From positions 8,023 to 72,022 of the forward strand of contig PFBH01000014.1 in assembly GCA_002773335.1 (NCBI GenBank): 64,000 nucleotides of DNA. Reading direction: 5' to 3'. This DNA is from Candidatus Kaiserbacteria bacterium CG10_big_fil_rev_8_21_14_0_10_45_20. GTDB taxonomy: Bacteria > Patescibacteriota > Minisyncoccia > Phycocordibacterales > Phycocordibacteraceae. This document shows, in pieces, positions 29,881-39,443 of this stretch (position 1 is the stretch's first letter; each line of letters begins with the position of its first letter). Position numbers and translations under genes: made by a program. Under the pieces are notes generated by a model. That model did not search any database. It saw nothing but the letters and a program-made list of their open reading frames with translations, and was not told the origin of the DNA.

Positions 29881-30558
29881 ATGACACACACAGTACACCC
29901 ATACTCACACAGATTAGGAATTCTCCGAGACTGGAAAAGTCGTTGGTTTACCGCTGATCCTAAAAAGTACCGACAGTATGTTCGGGCTGACGCAACCATC
30001 CGAGAGTTTCTTGCAAAGCGCCTCAAAGGGAACTACGTTTCTCATATTGAAATTGAACGATCACAGAAAGACTTGCGTATCTCTGTTCATACTGCTCGCC
30101 CCGGAATGGTTATTGGTCGCTCGGGAGAAAACGCGATAAAGATTAAGTCTGAACTTGCTAACCTGCTAAAGAAGGTGTCTCCGCTTGATACCGCACAACT
30201 TCATTTCGATATTATTGAAATTCGTTCTCCTGAATCAAACGCGGCGGTGGTGGCGGCAATGGTTATTGAAGGTTTGGAGAAACGTTTTCCTTTTAGACGA
30301 GTGATGAAGCAAACCATGGACAAAGTAATGGCGAACCGTGATGTGCAAGGAGTAAAAATAAGCCTCTCGGGTATGCTTGGCGGGGCTTCTATGTCTCGTA
30401 CAGAGTCTCTTAAAAAAGGACGTATTCCGCTTCAGACATTCCGTGCTGACATTGATTACGCTCACCAAGAGGCAAGGTTGCCACTTGGCCAAATTGGTGT
30501 AAAAGTATGGATCTACAAAGGAGACGTTTTTAAGGACGAAACTGGCGCACAGTCATAA
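29881..30558 (+). CDS. rpsC: 30S ribosomal protein S3
   Basis: KH domain [11 protein letters not shown] and the conserved S3 C-terminal domain. Confidence 0.9.
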   Translation: MTHTVHPYSHRLGILRDWKSRWFTADPKKYRQYVRADATIREFLAKRLKGNYVSHIEIERSQKDLRISVHTARPGMVIGRSGENAIKIKSELANLLKKVSPLDTAQLHFDIIEIRSPESNAAVVAAMVIEGLEKRFPFRRVMKQTMDKVMANRDVQGVKISLSGMLGGASMSRTESLKKGRIPLQTFRADIDYAHQEARLPLGQIGVKVWIYKGDVFKDETGAQS

Positions 30559-30575
30559 TCAGTAAAAGAATTTTT

Positions 30576-30995
30576 ATGTTATTTCCTAAAAAAGTAAAAT
30601 ACAGAAAGTGGAGCTCGGCTCGCTCAAATCCTGAAAAAAAGACGGTAGCAACACGGGGTACGACTGTTGCGTTTGGATCCCACGGCCTTAAGGCGCTGAC
30701 TCCATACCGCATTACATCAAACCAGATTGAAGCGGCTCGCCGAGTTATCTCTCGTTCAATGGGAAAGACGGGACGTATTTGGATCCGTATCTTTCCTGAT
30801 CGTCCGTTTACCCGTAAGGGGGCAGAGACCCCGATGGGTTCCGGAAAGGGAGAACCACAAGGATTTGTGGTTGAGGTAAAGCCGGGGCGGGTAATGTTTG
30901 AAATTGACGGCGTATCTGACGCTGCTGCGCGTGAAGCGTTTCGTCGTGCCACTGCCAAGCTTCCGGTAAAGACGCTCGTCGTAACAAGAACATAA
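30576..30995 (+). CDS. rplP: 50S ribosomal protein L16
   Basis: [11 protein letters not shown]... and the L16 core. Confidence 0.9.
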   Translation: MLFPKKVKYRKWSSARSNPEKKTVATRGTTVAFGSHGLKALTPYRITSNQIEAARRVISRSMGKTGRIWIRIFPDRPFTRKGAETPMGSGKGEPQGFVVEVKPGRVMFEIDGVSDAAAREAFRRATAKLPVKTLVVTRT

Positions 30996-30999
30996 TAAT

Positions 31000-31191
31000 T
31001 TGCATATGAAGACTAAGGATGTTAGGAAGAAGAGCGAAGAGGAACTAAAGAAGCAACTGGCAGAGCTTCAGGAAGAGCTTCGCACGATCAGATTTGGGAT
31101 GGCCGGATCTGTGAAGCAGAATGTGCGAAAGCCGTCGCACCTAAAGAGTGACATTGCCAGAATTAAAACCATCCTCGCGGAAAAACAATAA
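31000..31191 (+). CDS. rpmC: 50S ribosomal protein L29
   Basis: Coiled-coil L29-like 63 aa in the operon position. Confidence 0.8.
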   Translation: MHMKTKDVRKKSEEELKKQLAELQEELRTIRFGMAGSVKQNVRKPSHLKSDIARIKTILAEKQ

Positions 31192-31195
31192 ACGT

Positions 31196-31447
31196 ATGAC
31201 TGATCAAACACCAACAAAAACTTCTAAACCAAAAACGCTTCGCGGGGTGGTTACGTCTGCAAAAATGAAAGACACCGTAACGGTTTCTGTTACGCGGTTT
31301 GTAAAAGACCCAAAGTACAAAAAGTACGCAACTGTTTCGAAGAAGTACCTCGCGCACGATCCCGGAAACACAAAAGCGGAGGGCGACAAGGTAACGATAG
31401 AAGAGTGTCGACCGCTCTCTAAGAGAAAGTCATTTAAAGTTATATGA
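31196..31447 (+). CDS. rpsQ: 30S ribosomal protein S17
   Basis: LRGVVTSAKMKDTVTVSV...KKYLAHD. The start is set at the Met just after the L29 stop. Confidence 0.8.
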   Translation: MTDQTPTKTSKPKTLRGVVTSAKMKDTVTVSVTRFVKDPKYKKYATVSKKYLAHDPGNTKAEGDKVTIEECRPLSKRKSFKVI

Positions 31448-31824
31448 TACAACCACAATCAATTGTTACGATAACTGATAACAGCGGAGGAAAGATCGGA
31501 CGCGTCTTTAAGGTGCTTGGTGGATCAAAGCGCCGTTATGCTGAGCTGGGCGACAAAGTTGTTCTTTCGGTACAAATTGCCGAGCCCCGTAAGGGAGTAA
31601 AGAAAAAGGATGTCCTCCACGCAGTTGTAGTGCGCCAAAGAAAGGCATTTCGCAGACAAGACGGTTCGTACATTCGCTTTGATGATAACGCGGTCGTCAT
31701 TCTTGCTAAGAACGAAAAAGATCCGTTTGAGCCAAAAGCAAACCGAGTGTTTGGACCAATCCCCCGAGAAATTGTAGAGCGCGGATATCAAAAAATAGGT
31801 TCATTAGCCCCTGAGGTTGTATAA
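31444..31824 (+). CDS. rplN: 50S ribosomal protein L14
   Basis: MIQPQSIVTITDNSGGK. Confidence 0.95.
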   Translation: MIQPQSIVTITDNSGGKIGRVFKVLGGSKRRYAELGDKVVLSVQIAEPRKGVKKKDVLHAVVVRQRKAFRRQDGSYIRFDDNAVVILAKNEKDPFEPKANRVFGPIPREIVERGYQKIGSLAPEVV

Positions 31825-32132
31825 TGTATATGAAAATAAAAAAAGGAGACAAGGTAGTGGTTATTTCAGGAAAAGACAAGGGTAAAGCCGGCGTAGTTTC
31901 TCGCGCGCTTCCGTTAGATCAAAAAGTTATTGTGGGCGGAGTGAATGTCCGTAAAAAGCACAAGAAGCCACAGCGTGGCGTGAAGGGGACTATTATCAGC
32001 ATTGAGATGCCTATCGCTGTTTCAAATGTTATGCTTGTTGATCCAAAAAGCGGTAAGAGGACTCGCGTTGGCATTGTGCGAAAGGACGGGGTACGAACAC
32101 GCGTCACCAAGAAGGGGAATCAAGAAATATAA
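31824..32132 (+). CDS. rplX: 50S ribosomal protein L24
   Basis: KIKKGDKVVVISGKDKGK KOW motif. Confidence 0.9.
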   Translation: MYMKIKKGDKVVVISGKDKGKAGVVSRALPLDQKVIVGGVNVRKKHKKPQRGVKGTIISIEMPIAVSNVMLVDPKSGKRTRVGIVRKDGVRTRVTKKGNQEI

Positions 32133-32143
32133 TATAAAAATAT

Positions 32144-32680
32144 ATGAGCATTGTTCAAGAAAGACAAAAAGAAGGATTTAAGACACTCAAAGATACATTT
32201 GGATACTCTAATGTATTTCAGTCGCCACGCTTGATAAAGGTGGTTGTTTCAACAGGTATCGGCAAAATAAAAGACAAGAACAAAATTCAAACCATTCAAG
32301 ACAAACTTGCCCTCATTACGGGTCAAAAGGTTGCACCACGCGGAGCAAAGAAATCTATCGCTTCTTTTAAGGTTCGCGAGGGAGACATTGTGGGGTATCA
32401 GGTAACGCTCCGTGGAAAGAGAATGTACGACTTTCTCGACAAAGTTATTCATATCGCGCTTCCCCGAACTCGGGACTTCAGAGGCCTTAAGCCAACGGCT
32501 ATTGATGAAATGGGCAATATGACACTTGGAATCAAAGAGAATACCATCTTTCCTGAAACGACTGACGAAGACTTGAGAGATGTGTTCGGCATTGCGATTA
32601 CCGTTGTTTCAACGGCAAAAGACAAAAAAGAGGCAGAGGCATTTTACCGGCACCTCGGCTTTCCGCTCCAGAACGATTAA
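32144..32680 (+). CDS. rplE: 50S ribosomal protein L5
   Basis: Conserved L5 core (FGYSNVFQSPRL...). Confidence 0.9.
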   Translation: MSIVQERQKEGFKTLKDTFGYSNVFQSPRLIKVVVSTGIGKIKDKNKIQTIQDKLALITGQKVAPRGAKKSIASFKVREGDIVGYQVTLRGKRMYDFLDKVIHIALPRTRDFRGLKPTAIDEMGNMTLGIKENTIFPETTDEDLRDVFGIAITVVSTAKDKKEAEAFYRHLGFPLQND

Positions 32681-32701
32681 CTCTTATCGTCTCTATTTTT
32701 A

Positions 32702-32740
32702 AAAACCCCGCCAATCTATTTTTGATTGGCGGGGTTTTTG
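32702..32740 (+). terminator. Strong rho-independent terminator (15 bp GC-rich stem AAAACCCCGCCAATC / GATTGGCGGGGTTTT, then T run)
   Basis: Seen in the sequence directly after the rplE stop. Confidence 0.75.
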
Positions 32741-33203
32741 CGACTCTAGCGAGGTTTTATGGTAAGAAGTGGCTTAATAAAAAGCCCTCAATCGCCTAAA
32801 ATGCGTAGCGTTTTAGGCGATTAGGCATTAAAAAACCTGCCCTTTTTGCCCTTGTCCCCTTAAAACTCCCCGCATGCGGTGAGTTTTTTAATAATAAAGA
32901 AATAAATACAGAACCGAATTCCTCAACAGAATCTCGTCATTTTAGGTGCGACCGCATCTAAAATGACGAGATTGAGGATAGGTTTCAGTGAGGGCGTGTT
33001 TGAAAATCCACCCGAAAAATTTCAACTGTTTTATTTGTGCTCTGGTCCCTGTGCTTTGTGTTTTATTTGGTTTTTTGGACTTCTGTGTTTTGCGCTTTCT
33101 CTTTCTAAGCACTAATAACTAATTTTCTCATAACTCATACATCGTATTTCATTTCCCCCAGCTAATCCCTAATTCCCTAACAACCTAAAATCCTAGTTTT
33201 TCC

Positions 33204-33232
33204 TTGACTCTCTACCCCTTGGCTGTTACTAT
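33204..33232 (+). promoter_or_regulatory. Sigma70-like promoter: TTGACT, 17 nt spacer, TACTAT
   Basis: A near-consensus -35/-10 pair with a 17 nt spacer, about 170 nt upstream of rpsN. A structured, GC-richer 5' leader follows (33260-33400). Confidence 0.5.
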
Positions 33233-33402
33233 GCCCCCAGCTTTATAAGCGCCTCTTTTTTGCTCTCTATGGGCGGAAGAGCGCTCAAAGGCTGAAAACC
33301 CTCCTGATTCGTCGGGAAAGGTTCACCGAAAGTGAGTAAACCTTCTGGTTGTATGGGGCTTAAGCCTCACTGCTCACGTTTCGCTCGATACATTAATTTA
33401 CA

Positions 33403-33672
33403 ATGGCAAAAAAATCACAAATTGCACGAAATGCAAAACGCGTTCGCCTTTCGAAACGGTTTGCAGAAAAAAGAGAAACGCTAAAGAAAGCTGGAGACTA
33501 CGAAGGTCTGCAGAAGCTTCCACGTAACGCAAGTCCGGTGCGTATTAAAAACCGTTGCGCAATCACCGGTCGTTCTCGTGGGTATATGCGCCTCTTTGGC
33601 CTTTCACGAATCCAGTTCAGAGAGATGGCAAACCGTGGCGAGATTCCGGGCATTAAAAAAGCATCATGGTAA
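33403..33672 (+). CDS. rpsN: 30S ribosomal protein S14 (long, non-zinc form)
   Basis: 89 aa, [28 protein letters not shown]. Confidence 0.9.
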   Translation: MAKKSQIARNAKRVRLSKRFAEKRETLKKAGDYEGLQKLPRNASPVRIKNRCAITGRSRGYMRLFGLSRIQFREMANRGEIPGIKKASW

Positions 33673-34061
33673 CAGATCCAATCGGAGATTTTATAACGCG
33701 TCTTAAAAACGCAGGAGCGGTGCGAAAAGCATCAGTCTCTATTCCGTACTCTAAATTAAAAGAGTCTGTGGCGCTCGCACTTAAAAAGTGTGGGTACGTC
33801 GGTGAGGTTTCAGACACAGGCAAGGGAGTTGAGAAACAGTTGGTGGTAACGCTTTTGTACCACAAAGACGGATCACCTAAAATTACTGATGTAAAACGCA
33901 TTTCAAAGCCGGGCCGTCGTCTGTACGCACAAGTAAAAGACGTTCACCCTGTTCGGTACGGTAAGGGGGTGATGATTCTCTCAACACCGCGAGGAATCCT
34001 TACTGATTCAGAGGCGCGCAAAGTGCGCGCCGGAGGCGAAACCCTCTTTACGATGTGGTAA
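33666..34061 (+). CDS. rpsH: 30S ribosomal protein S8
   Basis: [13 protein letters not shown]. Confidence 0.9.
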   Translation: MVTDPIGDFITRLKNAGAVRKASVSIPYSKLKESVALALKKCGYVGEVSDTGKGVEKQLVVTLLYHKDGSPKITDVKRISKPGRRLYAQVKDVHPVRYGKGVMILSTPRGILTDSEARKVRAGGETLFTMW

Positions 34062-34071
34062 TAAAACGTAT

Positions 34072-34608
34072 ATGTCTAAAATAGGAAAAAACCCAATTGC
34101 TATCCCTGATAAAACCGACGTATCTGTTACTGACGGCGTTCTTTCGGTAAAGGGCCCATTGGGTGTTCTTGAAAAACAGCTTCCGGACGCAGTCACTGTT
34201 TCTGTAGAAAATAAAGAAGTGAAAGTTTCTCCTGCCAACCAATCAAAACTTTCTCGCTCTCTGTGGGGTACGTTTGGATCACACATTAAAAATATGATTG
34301 CCGGCGTAAACAAAAAGTACGAAAAGAAGCTTGAATTACAAGGTGTTGGCTATAAGGTTGAGTTGCAGGGCAAGGTACTCAAGCTCAATGTTGGGTTTTC
34401 ACACCCGGTTATGGTCGCTATCCCTGACGAGCTTGATGTCGCGGTAGAAAAAAACACCATCACCGTTTTGGGGATTAACAAAGACCTCGTCGGTCAATTT
34501 TCTGCTAACGTGCGCGCGGTAAAGAAGCCTGAGCCGTACAAAGGTAAAGGTATTCGTTACGAAGGTGAGTACGTGCGCCAAAAGCAAGGTAAGAAAGCAG
34601 CTGGATAA
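34072..34608 (+). CDS. rplF: 50S ribosomal protein L6
   Basis: MSKIGKNPIAIP and the two L6 repeats. Confidence 0.9.
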   Translation: MSKIGKNPIAIPDKTDVSVTDGVLSVKGPLGVLEKQLPDAVTVSVENKEVKVSPANQSKLSRSLWGTFGSHIKNMIAGVNKKYEKKLELQGVGYKVELQGKVLKLNVGFSHPVMVAIPDELDVAVEKNTITVLGINKDLVGQFSANVRAVKKPEPYKGKGIRYEGEYVRQKQGKKAAG

Positions 34609-34611
34609 TAT

Positions 34612-34968
34612 ATGTCTAAAACTACACCAACAACAAAGAAAGAGTTTCGTAAAAGACGGCACGCTCGTGTGCGGGCACGTGCCATTGGCACTGAAAGCCG
34701 TCCTCGACTCTCAGTGTTCCGTTCTTCAACGCATATTTACGCGCAAGTCATTAATGACGAGCTTGGGGCAACGCTTGCAAACGCAGACTCTCGATCTTTC
34801 GAAAAAAAGAAGCCAATGGACGCAGCTGTTGAAGTGGGCAAGATGATTGCAACAGAGGCAAAAAAGAAAGGTATCGAAAAGGTGGTGTTTGACCGTGGCG
34901 GTTTTGAGTACGCTGGAAGAGTAAAGGCGCTCGCGGACTCTGCGCGCGATAATGGACTTATTTTTTAA
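34612..34968 (+). CDS. rplR: 50S ribosomal protein L18
   Basis: [20 protein letters not shown]. Confidence 0.9.
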   Translation: MSKTTPTTKKEFRKRRHARVRARAIGTESRPRLSVFRSSTHIYAQVINDELGATLANADSRSFEKKKPMDAAVEVGKMIATEAKKKGIEKVVFDRGGFEYAGRVKALADSARDNGLIF

Positions 34969-34978
34969 TTTATAGACT

Positions 34979-35578
34979 ATGACTGACGATCACAAAGAAG
35001 AAAAGAAAGCACCAGAAGGAGAGGGGGTAACTCCAAAGCCTGCTTCTGCAAGACCGCCTGCAAAACGAGGAGGCGGAAGAGACGCGCAATCCGGTGATCG
35101 TCGTCAACGAAGATCAAACAGACGAGGGCGCGAAGAGCGCGCACGTTCTGAGTTTGATCAAAAAATAATCAGCTTGCGACGGGTGGCCCGCGTGGTTGCA
35201 GGAGGACGCCGATTCAGTTTCAGTGCGGCCATTGTTGCCGGAGACAGAAAGGGGCGAGTTGGTATTGGGCTCGGAAAAGGTATTGATACCGCACTCGCTA
35301 TGGATAAAGCATTCCGTGATGCAAAGAAGAATATGATTCGGGTAAACCTTACTGACACAAAAAGCATCCCTCACGACATTGAAACAAAGTACTCGTCTTC
35401 GCACGTCGCAATTCGTCCCGCTCCTACTCGCGGTATTGTTGCTGGGTCTTCAATCCGCACCGTGCTTGAGCTTGCTGGCGTAACCGACGTTACTGCAAAA
35501 ATTCACTCGCGCTCTCGTAACAAATTGAACAACGCGCGTGCGGCGGTTCAGGCGCTTTCACAACTTCACGCAAAGTAA
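34979..35578 (+). CDS. rpsE: 30S ribosomal protein S5 (Arg/Gly-rich N-terminal extension)
   Basis: SLRRVARVVAGGRRFSFSAAIVAGDRKGRVGIG. Confidence 0.9.
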   Translation: MTDDHKEEKKAPEGEGVTPKPASARPPAKRGGGRDAQSGDRRQRRSNRRGREERARSEFDQKIISLRRVARVVAGGRRFSFSAAIVAGDRKGRVGIGLGKGIDTALAMDKAFRDAKKNMIRVNLTDTKSIPHDIETKYSSSHVAIRPAPTRGIVAGSSIRTVLELAGVTDVTAKIHSRSRNKLNNARAAVQALSQLHAK

Positions 35579-35584
35579 ACGTAT

Positions 35585-36037
35585 ATGCAAAAACACAACA
35601 TTTTACACTCATCAGGAAAAGCTTCACGTCCGGCTCGTAGAGTGGGTCGCGGAGGAAAACGCGGAAAGACATCAGGCAGAGGTATGAAGGGTGCCGGAGC
35701 TCGCGCGGGCAACAAGGGTCGACCAGAGTTGAGAGACATCATAAAAAAGATTCCAAAACGACGTGGGTACGGTAAAAACCGTGCTCGAACCGTCGTTCCG
35801 GGGCGAGACCGTTCAGTGGTCAACCTCAGTGCATTAGAAAAAGCGTTTAATGCGGGAGAAACAGTAACTCCTAAGGTGCTCATTGGCTTAAAACTTATTC
35901 GTCGTGTTGGTGGAAAAGCTCCTAAAACGAAGATTTTAGGACAGGGAACCCTTACAAAGAAACTCATTCTCTCTGGTCTCGAGGTATCTGAATCGGCTCG
36001 TACGGCAATACAAAACGCCGGAGGAGAGGTACAATAA
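35585..36037 (+). CDS. rplO: 50S ribosomal protein L15
   Basis: GRGGKRGKTSGRGMKG. It follows rpsE with only 6 bp between them, so there is no L30 gene. Confidence 0.9.
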   Translation: MQKHNILHSSGKASRPARRVGRGGKRGKTSGRGMKGAGARAGNKGRPELRDIIKKIPKRRGYGKNRARTVVPGRDRSVVNLSALEKAFNAGETVTPKVLIGLKLIRRVGGKAPKTKILGQGTLTKKLILSGLEVSESARTAIQNAGGEVQ

Positions 36038-36046
36038 ACGAGAACT

Positions 36047-37318
36047 ATGGCAGTATTTTTTAAAAAATTAGGACTTGTATTTACCGACGGTAAACTACTG
36101 CGACGCTTAGGGTTTGTCTTTCTCGCACTCTTGGCATTTCGTGTTTTAGCTTCAATCCCCATTCCGGGTGTTGACGCTGTTCAACTTGAACAGTTTTTCT
36201 CGAGCAACCAACTCTTTGGATTTCTCAACATCTTCTCTGGAGGAGGACTCTCAGCGCTCTCTATTGTAATGCTTGGTGTTGGTCCGTACATTACGGCGTC
36301 TATTATCTTGCAGGTGCTCACCATTGTGTTTCCTGCTCTGAAGTCTATGTACCAAGAGGAGGGAGAAATTGGTCGTAAAAAGTTTAACCAGTACGGCAGA
36401 CTCCTTACGGTACCGCTCGCATTTATACAAGGGTTCAGCTTCCTCTTTCTTCTTGAAAGCCAGGGTGTTGTAACATCGCTCTCTGTTTTTGATTTTGCAA
36501 TGAACTTGATCGTTATTGTTTCAGGTTCACTCCTCTTGATGTGGATAGGAGAGCTTATTACCGAGTTTGGTATCGGTAACGGTATTTCGCTCATCATCTT
36601 TGCAGGAATTATCTCTTCATTGCCATCTGTAGTGGCACAGTTGGTGCTATCGTTTGATCCGTCACAGATTCCACTGTACGTATCGTTTGCGGTTGCAGCG
36701 CTCCTTGTTATATACGGCGTGGTATTGATGACTGAGGCAGAGCGACCAGTTCCAGTTACGTACGCAAACCGTTCTCGCGGTGGTAGTAGCCAAAACAGCG
36801 TGGCAACGTACCTCCCGCTTCGACTCAACCAAGCAGGGGTTATTCCGATTATATTTGCACTCTCCATACTGCTCTTCCCGGGACTCATTTTAAACTTTAT
36901 TGCACAGGCAAATATTGCGGTAGTTTCAGGTGTCGCGCAAACACTCCTTACCATCCATGGCGGAGCGATTATCTACGGTATCTTTTACTTCCTCTTAGTG
37001 TTTGCGTTTACCTTTTTCTATACGGCCGTTACCTTTGACCCAAATCAAATGGCAAACAACCTCCAAAAAGGAGGAGCCTTTGTTCCCGGTGTTCGACCAG
37101 GCGGTCAAACATCAGAGTACTTAGGAAGAATTATCACCAGAATTACTTTTGTTGGAGCGATCTTTCTCGGTTCGGTTGCGGTATTGCCACTCATTATGCA
37201 ATCGCTCACCGGCATAACGACACTTGCTATTGGCGGAACAGCTCTCCTTATTGCAGTTTCTGTGATCCTTGATTTGGTGCGAAAAATTGATGCTCAAATC
37301 TCTCTCCGTGAATACTAA
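36047..37318 (+). CDS. secY: Preprotein translocase subunit SecY
   Basis: 423 aa, 10 transmembrane helices, conserved GIGNGISLIIFAGI. Confidence 0.95.
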   Translation: MAVFFKKLGLVFTDGKLLRRLGFVFLALLAFRVLASIPIPGVDAVQLEQFFSSNQLFGFLNIFSGGGLSALSIVMLGVGPYITASIILQVLTIVFPALKSMYQEEGEIGRKKFNQYGRLLTVPLAFIQGFSFLFLLESQGVVTSLSVFDFAMNLIVIVSGSLLLMWIGELITEFGIGNGISLIIFAGIISSLPSVVAQLVLSFDPSQIPLYVSFAVAALLVIYGVVLMTEAERPVPVTYANRSRGGSSQNSVATYLPLRLNQAGVIPIIFALSILLFPGLILNFIAQANIAVVSGVAQTLLTIHGGAIIYGIFYFLLVFAFTFFYTAVTFDPNQMANNLQKGGAFVPGVRPGGQTSEYLGRIITRITFVGAIFLGSVAVLPLIMQSLTGITTLAIGGTALLIAVSVILDLVRKIDAQISLREY

Positions 37319-37340
37319 TTTTTTGTTACACTAAAGATAT

Positions 37341-37907
37341 ATGAGGGGACGTTTTGTTATCGTTGTGGGGCCATCAGGCGCTGGTAAGGGGACGTTGGTT
37401 CGGTATGTGCTTGAGGCGGTCCCTGCCATTTCATACGCGCAGTCATTTGTTACGAGAGGTATGCGTCCCGGAGAGGTCAATGGCGAAATGTACCATTTCG
37501 TCTCTCAAGAAGAGTTTGATAAAAAAATACAGCAAGGAGATTTTTTAGAATGGGCGGAATTTGGTGGTAATTATTACGGAACAGCGCTTTCAAGCGTTAT
37601 GCCTGAGCTTGAAAAAGGCAACATCATTCTCAAAGAGGTTGAGGTGCAGGGGGCTCGTCAAATATTAGAAAAAATTCCACGCAAATCACTCTTTATTATA
37701 TTTATACACGCGGGATCTTGGGGTGCTCTTGAAAAGAGAATTAGGGGGAGAGCGCCTATTTCTGAAGAAGAGGTGGCGAAACGGAAGGGTCGATACGACG
37801 ACGAAATGAGTTTTATACAGAAAGCAGACGTTATTATTGAAAACAATGACGGGTCTATAGAGGTTGCAAAAAAGAAGATACAAGAGGCGGTAGAGTCACT
37901 GCTTTGA
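37341..37907 (+). CDS. gmk: Guanylate kinase
   Basis: GPSGAGKGT P-loop, SFVTRGMRPGEVNGEMYHFVS, FLEWAEF...YYGT. Confidence 0.75.
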   Translation: MRGRFVIVVGPSGAGKGTLVRYVLEAVPAISYAQSFVTRGMRPGEVNGEMYHFVSQEEFDKKIQQGDFLEWAEFGGNYYGTALSSVMPELEKGNIILKEVEVQGARQILEKIPRKSLFIIFIHAGSWGALEKRIRGRAPISEEEVAKRKGRYDDEMSFIQKADVIIENNDGSIEVAKKKIQEAVESLL

Positions 37908-37940
37908 TTTTCATACCGACTTCGGGTATTGTATTGATAT

Positions 37941-38522
37941 ATGAGTACGCCTAAAAGGCTTTTTTTGTTTGTCGGCAGAACCGCATCTGGTAAAGAAACG
38001 CAAAGCCGAAAACTTGCTGAAAAAATAAACGCACCTGTCTTTATGACAGGAGAGCGGTTTCGTGAAATTATCCGTTCCGGAAGCCCATTAGGAGAGAAAA
38101 TCAAAGACGACTACGAAAAGGGGCTTTTGATGCCATCGTGGGTTGCTGATTATATGTTTCAGGACTTCGTATTTAACTTGCGGTACGATAAGAGCGCCGT
38201 TTTTGAGGGGTCCGGTCGAGACAAAAAGCAAGCAGAAGTAGTCGAGGCGGTTACCGAGTGGCTTGGCAGAGAGTACGTTGTTTTTAACCTAGAGGTTTCT
38301 CCAGAGACAGTTATTGCCCGATCGCTCTCTCGACAGCGCGATGCTACTGACGAAGAAGAGGTGATAAAGACGCGCCTTGCAGAGTACGAACGCCTCACTG
38401 CCCCGGCTATTGAGCATTTTCGATCGCTCGGAAAGCTTGTTGATATTGACGGAGAGAATTCACCCGAAGAGGTTCACAGCGAGGTAATGAAGCACATTTC
38501 AGACGATGATTATTCAAACTGA
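37941..38522 (+). CDS. Adenylate-kinase-family nucleoside monophosphate kinase (divergent P-loop GRTASGKETQ)
   Basis: Sits in the adk position of the spc operon with an Adk-like layout. The P-loop is atypical. Confidence 0.5.
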   Translation: MSTPKRLFLFVGRTASGKETQSRKLAEKINAPVFMTGERFREIIRSGSPLGEKIKDDYEKGLLMPSWVADYMFQDFVFNLRYDKSAVFEGSGRDKKQAEVVEAVTEWLGREYVVFNLEVSPETVIARSLSRQRDATDEEEVIKTRLAEYERLTAPAIEHFRSLGKLVDIDGENSPEEVHSEVMKHISDDDYSN

Positions 38523-39276
38523 AGAAGAGAGAGCAATTTTAAGAGAGGGAGGTAAACACCTCGCCTCTATTTTAAAGACGCTCGAGAGTGAACTAAAGCC
38601 CGGTATGAACACGCGAGACATTAACCTCCGTGCCGAAGCGTTGATTGCTCAGTATGGAGACACTCCGGCGCTTAAGGGGTACCACCCACAATTTGCAGAG
38701 CGCGCGTACCCGTCTTCCATATGTGTTTCGGTAAACGATGAGGTGGTGCATGGCATTCCTTCTGAAAATAATATTGTGCTACAAGACGGTGATATTGTCA
38801 GTCTTGACTTGGTCATTATTCACAATGGGTTATTTGTAGACTCTGCCCTGACTGCTCCTGTTGGAGAAATCGACAGCGCCACAAAGCGATTGCTCTCAGC
38901 AACAGAAGAGGCGCTTTTGTTAGGTATACGCCAAGCTCGGACAGGGGCGCGTATGGGCGATATTTCAAGTGCTATTGAAAACAAGGGGTACGAGTGCGGG
39001 TATGGCGTTGTGTATGACTACGGTGGGCACGGTGTCGGGAACGCGGTTCACGAAGAGCCGTCTGTCCCCAACGTAGGCGATCCAGGAAGAGGAATAGTGC
39101 TCCGCGAAGGAATGGTGCTTGCCATAGAGCCAATGTTTAACGAAGGGTCTCCTGAGGTTGTACTGGAGCCTGATGGATACACAATAAAAACCGCTGACGG
39201 AAAAAGAAGCGCGCACTTTGAACACACAATTATTGTTGGAAAGGACGGAGCGGAAATTTTGACACTGCGCGATTAG
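38506..39276 (+). CDS. map: Methionine aminopeptidase type I
   Basis: Pita-bread fold metal ligands in DLVIIHNG, GHGVGNAVHEEP, LAIEPMF, FEHTIIV. Confidence 0.9.
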   Translation: MIIQTEEERAILREGGKHLASILKTLESELKPGMNTRDINLRAEALIAQYGDTPALKGYHPQFAERAYPSSICVSVNDEVVHGIPSENNIVLQDGDIVSLDLVIIHNGLFVDSALTAPVGEIDSATKRLLSATEEALLLGIRQARTGARMGDISSAIENKGYECGYGVVYDYGGHGVGNAVHEEPSVPNVGDPGRGIVLREGMVLAIEPMFNEGSPEVVLEPDGYTIKTADGKRSAHFEHTIIVGKDGAEILTLRD

Positions 39277-39443
39277 CGTTAACTATTAAAGTATTTTTTG
39301 CCCCTTCTTTGAAATACTCTTTGCCTAAATTACGAGGCATTTGATTACACGACAACACCTCTCAGCCTTCAAAACACTAAGCACTAACAGCTAAGTACTA
39401 ATGACTCATTTTCATACCTCGCATACTGTATACTTTAAGAAGT

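Noticed and set aside
24171-37000. Numerous antisense or alternative-frame ORFs within tuf, ribosomal protein genes and secY
   Set aside because: They are embedded in highly conserved coding sequences on the other strand or frame. There is no independent support.
37341-37907. Whether the gene after secY is adk itself
   Set aside because: The motifs (GPSGAGKGT, TTR...GE.DG.DY.FV, FLEW) are those of guanylate kinase, not adenylate kinase. The next gene is the adk-like one.
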